Assembly: GCA_035536375.1 (NCBI GenBank)
Contig: DATLOH010000053.1
Location: 1 to 59,909, forward strand
Direction of reading: 5' to 3'
DNA: 59,909 bases
Source: Acidimicrobiales bacterium
GTDB lineage: Bacteria; Actinomycetota; Acidimicrobiia; Acidimicrobiales; JACCXE01
In this document: piece after piece, positions 53,240-59,909 of the stretch
Numbering within the stretch: position 1 is the stretch's first letter
How the letters are laid out: each line of letters opens with the position of its first letter
The notes under the pieces: generated by a model
Seen by the model: only the letters and a program-made list of their open reading frames with translations
Told to the model about the DNA's origin: nothing
Database searches by the model: none
Translations under genes and position numbers: made by a program

Positions 53240-53934
53240 AGAATTGCCCTGGTCACCGCCGCCAGCCCGCCGCCGGCCGCCATCGCCAACGTCGCCCGTC
53301 GGGCGTTGTCATCCGAGACTCGGCCGGCGAGCCGAGCGCCGACAGCCCACCCGACCACGGCAGCTGCGACCAACGCCGGGCGAATCGGAGGCAGCCCGAG
53401 AACGGCGATGCTGACGATGTTGAGGCCGAGGAAATAGGCCTGCAGCGTCGGGCGCAATTGGCGGTGCGGCCACCCGGCGTTGACGCCGTACATGGCGGCC
53501 GCCGGTCCACCCACTGCGGCAGTGACGTTCATCGCGCCGGACACCGCACCGGCGACGACGGCACCTGCTCGACCCCGAAGACGGGCGACTCGCAGCCCTG
53601 ACGCGAGCGCGACGACAGCCAGGATCGTGACGCTGCCGGTGACCACCGCGAGGGTGTCCGTGTCGAGGCGTCGCACGACGATGCCCACGACAGGGACGGC
53701 GACGGCGGCGGGTAAAAACAGCCGCAGAGCGTCGCGCCACCGCGACTCACCTCGCTCGGCTGCGAGCATCACGACGTTGAGTCCCAATGCGAGGAGGTTC
53801 GCGGTGCGTACCGCGAATACGGGTCCCACGAAAATCGTCAGGAACGGCACGGACACGAGCGAGAAACCGACACCGGTGATCGCCTGGCCGGCGGCGGCCA
53901 CGGCGACGGCGACTGCGGCCAAACCAGTCGACAA
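53236..53934 (-). CDS. TauE/SafE family anion-exporter-like membrane protein
   Basis: About 232 aa, Ala/Gly/Val-rich with 7-8 TM segments. TTG 53934 lies 4 nt after the upstream stop. The track ORF (to 54600) overlaps the hydrolase gene in another frame. Confidence 0.7.
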   Translation of the reverse strand: MSTGLAAVAVAVAAAGQAITGVGFSLVSVPFLTIFVGPVFAVRTANLLALGLNVVMLAAERGESRWRDALRLFLPAAVAVPVVGIVVRRLDTDTLAVVTGSVTILAVVALASGLRVARLRGRAGAVVAGAVSGAMNVTAAVGGPAAAMYGVNAGWPHRQLRPTLQAYFLGLNIVSIAVLGLPPIRPALVAAAVVGWAVGARLAGRVSDDNARRATLAMAAGGGLAAVTRAIL

Positions 53935-53938
53935 GCTG

Positions 53939-54790
53939 TCAGCCTGCGGCGAAAGACGCGGCGATCGACGCTGCGGCGCGTTCGGGGTCGACCAGTGGAC
54001 CGAAGTGGCCATGGTCGCGCCACACATCGGTCGTTGCCCTCGGGAGACGCTCGGCTTGGCGGTCGAGGAGCGATGGTGTGATCGCGTCGGTGTGCTCGCC
54101 GCACAGCAGCGCGACCGGACAGCGAACCCCGTCGAGATGGTCGTACGCGTCGTGTTGGCTGCCCATCTCGTACGTCCGGGCCTCGTCCTCGGGTTCACAC
54201 GCAAGGCGCACGCACCCCTCAGCGTCGACGAAGCCGTCGCGCACGTAGGCCGCCAGGACGTCTGGATGCAGCGCGTTGAGCGGCCGCTTGTTGCGGTAAT
54301 TGGCCAGTGCATCCTCCCGGGACGCGAACTCCGCGGTCCGCCGACGCGCGCGTGCGGCCAATGGATTGTTGCGACCGGGGGGAGTGGTGAACGGAAAGAC
54401 GATCGGTTCGAAGCACCACAGTGCTGCGAAGCTCGACGGGCGGTGCTGCTCGGCGAGCAGCAGCAGCGCGCCCCCGCAGGAATGCCCTGCGGCGAACGGC
54501 CGGTCGAGTTGAGCGGTCGCGAGCACGGCCAGCGCGTCGGACGCGAACCCGTGCCACTCGTAGTTGCCGCCGGGGGCGCGTCCGGACGCGCCGTGCCCAC
54601 GCTCGTCGAAGGTCACGACGCGAAAACGGTCGGTCAGGTGCCGGGCGATGGGCTCCCATACGGCTGCGCAGAACCCTGTGGCGTGCGCAAGGAGGAGATC
54701 CGGGCCGGAACCGCCCAAGTCGTGCCACGCGATGTCGACCCCGTCGTCCGTGTGTGCGGTCGGCATCCGAGGACCGTAATGCCGCCACAC
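53939..54790 (-). CDS. alpha/beta hydrolase
   Basis: 283-aa ORF. LLLAHATGF oxyanion region, nucleophile elbow GHSCGG, C-terminal HGHFGP. Confidence 0.8.
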   Translation of the reverse strand: MWRHYGPRMPTAHTDDGVDIAWHDLGGSGPDLLLAHATGFCAAVWEPIARHLTDRFRVVTFDERGHGASGRAPGGNYEWHGFASDALAVLATAQLDRPFAAGHSCGGALLLLAEQHRPSSFAALWCFEPIVFPFTTPPGRNNPLAARARRRTAEFASREDALANYRNKRPLNALHPDVLAAYVRDGFVDAEGCVRLACEPEDEARTYEMGSQHDAYDHLDGVRCPVALLCGEHTDAITPSLLDRQAERLPRATTDVWRDHGHFGPLVDPERAAASIAASFAAG

Positions 54791-54809
54791 GGGCGGACGT
54801 GAGGTCGCG

Positions 54810-55058
54810 TCAGATTGCGGATTCGGTGCTGGTGACTGTGACCGTGGCAGTTGCGACGGTTTCGTCGGCGAGCGCCGCGGTGGCGAGCGAACTCAACACA
54901 CCGATGCATCCGAGCACCACTATGGCGACGCCGACGGAGTCGATCGCCACGGGACCGAACCACGAACCGGTGGCGAAGCTGAGCAGCGTCCCGAACATCA
55001 CGAGGAGGAAACTGGCGCGCATCACGACTGCAATGTTCCCAGGCTGAGCGGCGTACAA
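54810..55058 (-). CDS. hypothetical small membrane protein
   Basis: 82-aa ORF with two hydrophobic segments. Start uncertain (ATG 55058 or the internal MRASFLL). Confidence 0.4.
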   Translation of the reverse strand: MYAAQPGNIAVVMRASFLLVMFGTLLSFATGSWFGPVAIDSVGVAIVVLGCIGVLSSLATAALADETVATATVTVTSTESAI

Positions 55059-55109
55059 ACGCGATACCCGCGCGCAGTGTGCTCATCGCGCGCTGTCCGT
55101 ATGGGCTAG

Positions 55110-56840
55110 TCAGTCGCGGGACTCGGCCTCGGCGGCAATCGTCAGCCATTCGTCCTCTTTGGCGGCTATCTCTCTGTCGACGTCGGCCAGCTCGCGGCCG
55201 ATGCGAGCGAGCTCCTCGTGGTTGCTGCCTGCGTTCGCAAGCGCGGTTGCCAAGCGCTCACGGACGCGCTGGCGCTCGGCGATCGCCTTCTCGGCGTCGC
55301 GCAACAACCGTCCGAGCGTGCTTGCCGAGCGCGGGCCGACGGCCTTCGGGGTGGACATCGCCGCACTGGGCGCTTTGTCCTTCCGCGACCGGTCGACGCG
55401 CTGCGTCGCCTCCCACGCCGCGTAACCGTCGTTGGCGCGCACTGCACCCCCGCGCCCGTCGAGGACGAGCGCTTCCTCGACCGTGCGCTCCATGAAGGCG
55501 CGGTCGTGGCTGACGACGATCAACGCGCCGGGCCAGTCCTCCAGAAAGTCCTCCAGCACCCGGAGCGTGTCCAGGTCGAGGTCGTTCGTCGGTTCGTCGA
55601 GCAGCAGCACATTCGGTTTGGCAGCGAGCACGAGCAAAAGCTGGAGGCGGCGGCGTTCGCCACCCGAGAGGGTCCCGATCGGGGCCCACTGGGCGTCACT
55701 GTCGAACCAGAAGCGCTCGAGCAGCGCGGCCTCCTGCCAGCCCGCAGTGTTGTGGGGGCCGGCGACGGCGTCTCGCACGCGAAGTGACGGATCGAGCTCG
55801 GTGCCGGTCTGGTCGTAGTAGCCGAGGCGGACCGTCTTGCCCCGCACGACTGCGCCGTCGGCAGGTGGAAGGCGCCCGGCGATGATGTCGAGCAGGGTCG
55901 ACTTGCCGCTCCCGTTCGCCCCGACGATGCCAAGGCGCTCGCGGGGATCGAGCAGGAGATCGACCCCTGAAAACAGCTGCGGGCCTCCGCCGTATCGGTG
56001 CCCGACGGCCCCCAGCTCGATAACCGTCTCACCGAGACGAGGCGTCCCCATATGCAGGTCGAGCTCGCCCGAACGAGCGGCAGCTTCGGCGCGACCTTCG
56101 ACGATCGCGGTCGCGGTCGTGATGCGCGCCTTCGACTTCCTGGTGCGGGCGGGCGCGCCGCGCCGAAGCCACGCAAGCTCGCGGCGCGCCAGTGTCCGCC
56201 GACTCCGCTCGCTGGCTACCGCCTGCTCCTCGCGAATCGCTTTGCCCTCGAGATATCCGGCGTAGCCGCCGTCGTGCACAAAGCCCTTTCCTCGATCGAG
56301 TTCGAGGACGCGTGTGGTGACGCGGTCGAGCACATGACGGTCGTGGGTGACGAGAACAAGTCCGCCGCGGTGGGCAGCGAGGCGGGCTTCTAACCATGCG
56401 ATCGCGCCGACGTCGAGGTGGTTCGTCGGCTCGTCGAGGATCAAAAGGTCGGACTCCGAGACGAGCAGTCGCGCGAGAGCGGTGCGTTTCGCCTGCCCAC
56501 CCGACAGCGACGACACGTCGGCATCGGCGAGGGTGCCCATGCCGAGTCGTTCGAGCACAGCGGCCGCTTCCCACCCCTCGCCAACCGCTGCCCGCACCGT
56601 GCCGGCGGGCAGCTCCGGGCGCTGATCGAGCATCCCTGTTCGGACGTCGCGGCCCCGCCGCACCACGCCCGACTCGGGCTCGACCTTGCCTGCGAGGACC
56701 CGTAGCAGTGTCGACTTCCCGGTCCCGTTCAATCCGACGATGCCCAGACGGTCACCCTCCGAGATCGTTACCGACAGCTCGGTGAACAGAGCGCGGCCGG
56801 GCCGGCTCATCGCCACGCCGGCGGCGTCGACCAAAATCAC
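55110..56840 (-). CDS. ABC-F family ATPase (two NBDs, no TMD)
   Basis: Walker A GLNGTGKST and GANGSGKST. Two signatures, LSGGQAKR and LSGGERRR. Charged coiled-coil C-terminus. Confidence 0.9.
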   Translation of the reverse strand: MILVDAAGVAMSRPGRALFTELSVTISEGDRLGIVGLNGTGKSTLLRVLAGKVEPESGVVRRGRDVRTGMLDQRPELPAGTVRAAVGEGWEAAAVLERLGMGTLADADVSSLSGGQAKRTALARLLVSESDLLILDEPTNHLDVGAIAWLEARLAAHRGGLVLVTHDRHVLDRVTTRVLELDRGKGFVHDGGYAGYLEGKAIREEQAVASERSRRTLARRELAWLRRGAPARTRKSKARITTATAIVEGRAEAAARSGELDLHMGTPRLGETVIELGAVGHRYGGGPQLFSGVDLLLDPRERLGIVGANGSGKSTLLDIIAGRLPPADGAVVRGKTVRLGYYDQTGTELDPSLRVRDAVAGPHNTAGWQEAALLERFWFDSDAQWAPIGTLSGGERRRLQLLLVLAAKPNVLLLDEPTNDLDLDTLRVLEDFLEDWPGALIVVSHDRAFMERTVEEALVLDGRGGAVRANDGYAAWEATQRVDRSRKDKAPSAAMSTPKAVGPRSASTLGRLLRDAEKAIAERQRVRERLATALANAGSNHEELARIGRELADVDREIAAKEDEWLTIAAEAESRD

Positions 56841-56880
56841 CCGGTCAGTGTCGCCGCTCGATGCGCCACCTCAGCGCGCG

Positions 56881-58746
56881 TTACCAACTGCCACCACCGC
56901 CACCTCCGCCGCCGCCGCCGGACGAGCCGCCGCTGAAGCCGCTGCTGCCAGATGACGCCGGCGTCGATGCGATCGTGCCCGACGTGTGCACGGCGAAGCT
57001 GTCCATCGAATTCGAGAAGCTCGACGCATTGAACGCGCTCCACGATCCGTAGGGGTGGTACCAGCCCATTCCCGCCGGCGCCTCCGCACCGCCGAGGCCC
57101 GCGAACGCTTTCGCCCACTTCTCGGTCTCGCCGAACACGATCGCGTACGGCAGGTACTTCGCGAAGATGTTCTCCTCTTCCGCGAACTGCATGCGATCGG
57201 CCTCAGCAGTCTCGATGAAGCGCCTGAAGCCACGCGCCTCGCGCAGCGCCGCGCTTCCCTTCGCGGTTCGCGCAGGAGTCCACCGGTGCCCGATCGCAAG
57301 CACAAGCGCCGCCAGCAGCACCGGGATCCCGATCAGAGCCGCATGCGTGAACACGGTCAGCAGCGCGAGCGCACCCGCAGCGAGCAGCACACCGACGACT
57401 CCGATCGTCAGATAGATGTTGCGTACCTGGTCCGGGCGCTTGGCGAACCATCCTTGTTGGACGCAGTCGCCGTAGAGCTTGGTCTGCACGGCTTTGAGGT
57501 CGCTGGCGAAAGTGTTCTTGAGCGACGACAGCGTCACCTCGCTACGGCCCTCGAAGAGACCTTTGACCAACCGCCGTTCGAACGGCAGCAGGTCGTCATC
57601 GGCCGGCTTGGCCTCAACGAGGTTCCAGTCGGTCTTGCCGAACCAGCCTTCCTTAGGAAGCTCGCGGATCTCGAGGTAGCCGCGCACCGCGAGGTCGACA
57701 ATCGTCGCAGTGACGTCGAGCGCATCGGCGCGCTCGTCGACAAGCACGCCGACTTGCGCAGGCCGGGCGTCGCCCGGAGGGCGGAACACGACAGGCGACT
57801 CGTCGTCTTCACCCAGCCCGCGACGATCATCGGGGCTCGTGCCGTCGATCTTGCGGTCCCGCCCAGTACGCCACAGCAGCCGGGCGACATAGCCGAACGC
57901 GAGCACTGCGGCCGCGAGGGCACCGGCGGTCGTCCCCGGGGTCACCGAGTAAGCGCGGGCTAGTGAGAACTTCTCGTCGAGGATCGGCTTCGTGCCCTCG
58001 GCGTCAATGGTCCCCTTGACCATGGCGACGACAACTGTGAGTGCCTGGCGATTCCCGATCGGGCCGTGGCGGAACGTGGCCTCCGTCGAGCTCACGACCT
58101 CGGCGCCTGCGCAGGGCAGTCCGCTGCCGCGCGGGCCGGCGAAGCAAGCCACGCGATTGACGCCGTCCGGTGCGCGCACCGTCACCGCCGCCGAACCGAT
58201 CGGGACGTCCCACTCGTCGCCAATGGCGTTCCAGTGCAACTCGTCGTGATCGGCGAACGCGTTCAGGCCGCCGCGCACTACGTAGCGGATGCGGTAGGTG
58301 TGGGCTCCGGAGATGGTCTTGTCGGCGTCGCCGACGCGGAGGAGCTTGCGCCCGTTCTCGTCGGTCTCCTCGACGTCGTCGGGAGTCCCTTCGGAACCGT
58401 CGACGCGAATGCCGGTGAGCTCGTAGATGCGCTCGAACTTGGGGTCGGGGTCGTACGGGAAGCGCACTGGGATGGTGCGGAAGATGCCGTGGCGCTCGAA
58501 CGGTCCGAAGTCGTAGGCGATGGTCTCGATCACCTCGTACGAGCCGTCACGTCGGATGTCGATCGTCACCTCGTAGCGCTCGATGCGCTCGGGCAGCGGC
58601 TGCGCCTCGGCGGGTGGCGCGACCGCCAAGAAGGTCACCATCACCGCCGCCATGAGCCCGAGACGCGCTCGACCACTACGCGACTTTGCGCGCGGAGGTG
58701 CAGCCCATCTGCACTTGTGCGCGAAAAGTTGCTTAAAGACGCGCAT
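56881..58746 (-). CDS. DUF2207 family membrane protein with a poly-Gly C-terminal tail
   Basis: 621-aa ORF with a signal/TM, a large extracytoplasmic domain, TM segments and a GFSGGSSGGGGGGGGGGSW tail typical of DUF2207. Start could be 58746 or ATG 58653. Confidence 0.8.
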   Translation of the reverse strand: MRVFKQLFAHKCRWAAPPRAKSRSGRARLGLMAAVMVTFLAVAPPAEAQPLPERIERYEVTIDIRRDGSYEVIETIAYDFGPFERHGIFRTIPVRFPYDPDPKFERIYELTGIRVDGSEGTPDDVEETDENGRKLLRVGDADKTISGAHTYRIRYVVRGGLNAFADHDELHWNAIGDEWDVPIGSAAVTVRAPDGVNRVACFAGPRGSGLPCAGAEVVSSTEATFRHGPIGNRQALTVVVAMVKGTIDAEGTKPILDEKFSLARAYSVTPGTTAGALAAAVLAFGYVARLLWRTGRDRKIDGTSPDDRRGLGEDDESPVVFRPPGDARPAQVGVLVDERADALDVTATIVDLAVRGYLEIRELPKEGWFGKTDWNLVEAKPADDDLLPFERRLVKGLFEGRSEVTLSSLKNTFASDLKAVQTKLYGDCVQQGWFAKRPDQVRNIYLTIGVVGVLLAAGALALLTVFTHAALIGIPVLLAALVLAIGHRWTPARTAKGSAALREARGFRRFIETAEADRMQFAEEENIFAKYLPYAIVFGETEKWAKAFAGLGGAEAPAGMGWYHPYGSWSAFNASSFSNSMDSFAVHTSGTIASTPASSGSSGFSGGSSGGGGGGGGGGSW

Positions 58747-59284
58747 TGGGCACCGACTTGGCGTCTAGGTCGGCTTGGAAGTACTCGGCCTCTCGGAAGC
58801 CGAGCGGCCGGGCGACGAGCACGATCGGGAACGTCTGTTGGGTGGTGTTGAATTTGCGCACGACAGCGTTGTAGTACCGCCGGGCGAACGAGATGTCCTC
58901 CTCGAGAGTGGCGAGGTCGGTCTGCAACTGCAGGAAGCTTTCGTCCGCCTTCAGATCGGGGTAGGCCTCCGAAACCGCCAGCAACGACGTGACTGACCCT
59001 TCGAGCACGCGCTCGGCCTCACCGGACTCCGCCGGCCCCTTCGCGGCCTGAGCGGCGGCCCGCGCCGCGGTGACGGCCTCGAGCGTCTCTCGCTCGTGCA
59101 CCTGGTAGCCCTTCACCACGGCAACGAGATTGGGGACGAGATCCGCGCGCCGCGTGAGCTGCACGTCGATTCCCGACCATGCGTCGGCGATCGCGTTGCG
59201 CTGCCCGACGAGCCGGTTGTAGAAGACGACGCCCCCAACAGCGGCGACAAGGGCCAATGCGAGAGCGACTACAAGTGCGGTCAC
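58733..59284 (-). CDS. lemA: LemA family protein
   Basis: 183-aa ORF with an N-terminal TM. YNRLVGQRNAIADAWSGIDVQLTRRADLVPNLV...ARRYYNAVVRKFN is the canonical LemA pattern. Confidence 0.9.
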   Translation of the reverse strand: MTALVVALALALVAAVGGVVFYNRLVGQRNAIADAWSGIDVQLTRRADLVPNLVAVVKGYQVHERETLEAVTAARAAAQAAKGPAESGEAERVLEGSVTSLLAVSEAYPDLKADESFLQLQTDLATLEEDISFARRYYNAVVRKFNTTQQTFPIVLVARPLGFREAEYFQADLDAKSVPNARL

Positions 59285-59853
59285 GTCGCGCGAAGGCGCA
59301 CGAGGTCGATGCTCGCCTTGCCCTTGGCGACATCGAGCACTGCGACTGAACCGAGGTCGGCGTCGTCGCCCTTGTCCGCCGGCAGCGTCGGGCTACCGGG
59401 ATTGAAGAAAACGATCCCGTCGTGGTCCTGGCGAAGCTGTCGATGAGTCCCGCCGAACGCGACGAGATCGACGGGCTGCTTGAACCGCCTGTTCATCAGC
59501 GCCTCGATCGGGCCATCCGGAAAAATGATCGCGTCGTCGCCCACCGTGATCTTCTTGTCTGGTTGCGCGAGGTTGAACGCGAGGCCGAGCTGCATGCCGC
59601 CCACGTCGACCACCTTCACCGCTGCCTCGTCGCTGCCGAACGCCTGGTACCCCTTGCGCTCGTCGTCGGGGACCCACACCGGTGCGAGCGTCTGGAGTCG
59701 CGAGATGAACGCCTTCTTGCCGACATCGCCCAAGTGGACGATCAGGTCGACACCGGCGAAGGCCCGGTCGACCTCCTCGGGCACGTCGCTGCCGTCGTTC
59801 TTCCGGCTGTGGGTGTCGGCGAGGAATCCCACCCGGCGGATCTGTGTGGCCAT
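59281..59853 (-). CDS. metallophosphoesterase (YfcE-like)
   Basis: 190-aa ORF. VGFLADTHS, VHLGDV and GGTH motifs. Stop overlaps the lemA start by 4 nt. Confidence 0.8.
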   Translation of the reverse strand: MATQIRRVGFLADTHSRKNDGSDVPEEVDRAFAGVDLIVHLGDVGKKAFISRLQTLAPVWVPDDERKGYQAFGSDEAAVKVVDVGGMQLGLAFNLAQPDKKITVGDDAIIFPDGPIEALMNRRFKQPVDLVAFGGTHRQLRQDHDGIVFFNPGSPTLPADKGDDADLGSVAVLDVAKGKASIDLVRLRAT

Positions 59854-59909
59854 CGCTGCAGGCTACGGCGCACGACCACCATGGTCTCGCTGACGCGACG
59901 CGGCGGCGT

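Noticed and set aside
53935-54600. Upstream part of track ORF 53236-54600 (454 aa), which would add a long N-terminal extension to the TauE-like protein.
   Set aside because: This part overlaps the alpha/beta hydrolase gene in another frame and is Arg/Pro/Ser-rich. The membrane-protein signal only starts after the TTG at 53934, 4 nt beyond the hydrolase stop.
56884-56935. GCC/GGN-rich low-complexity DNA, considered as a simple-sequence repeat or contingency locus.
   Set aside because: It encodes the Gly/Ser tail that is characteristic of DUF2207 proteins. It is not a perfect homopolymeric or short tandem tract that would slip.

Overview
This is a 59.9-kb, roughly 68-70% GC chromosomal segment. 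Gene content suggests Actinomycetota: an F420/DDN-type nitroreductase, a DinB/DUF664 protein, WS/DGAT, a LAL-type LuxR regulator and an ATP-dependent DNA ligase. I call about 60 protein genes and 2 tRNAs, Lys-CTT and an Arg-TCT with a Ser-like D arm. I found no rRNA, CRISPR array, transposase or integrase. All product names come from motifs read by eye in the supplied translations, with no database search, so family-level calls are the limit. Many long ORFs in the track are antisense or GC-driven artefacts, and several real genes start well inside their track ORF.

Most interesting observations:
- **Twin palindromes.** Two near-identical 20-22 nt palindromes (ATGTTAGGTGC[A/G]CCTAACAT) sit 11-12 nt upstream of two start codons. 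One precedes an Fe(III)-type ABC uptake operon. The other precedes an unusual single-polypeptide adenylation-carrier-AT3 membrane acyltransferase gene. Together these look like a metal-regulated, self-contained envelope-acylation module.
- **Four-site array.** A perfectly dyad-symmetric array of four 21-bp sites with 31-bp phasing lies in a divergent promoter region.
- **Cys-rich peptides.** A tandem pair of 56-aa precursors encodes 31-aa secreted peptides with four cysteines each, upstream of a SanA/DUF218 gene.
- **Cyclase-receiver fusion.** A class III cyclase with a C-terminal NarL-type receiver lies next to an orphan histidine kinase/beta-propeller operon and a separate LAL regulator.
- **Start-codon and reading-frame anomalies.** Two membrane proteins have their first TM helix encoded upstream of any canonical start codon, and a DDN-family gene carries a frameshift.
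- **Other items.** A REP-like palindrome occurs twice, and an AT-richer PD-(D/E)XK gene sits next to the tRNA-Arg(UCU).
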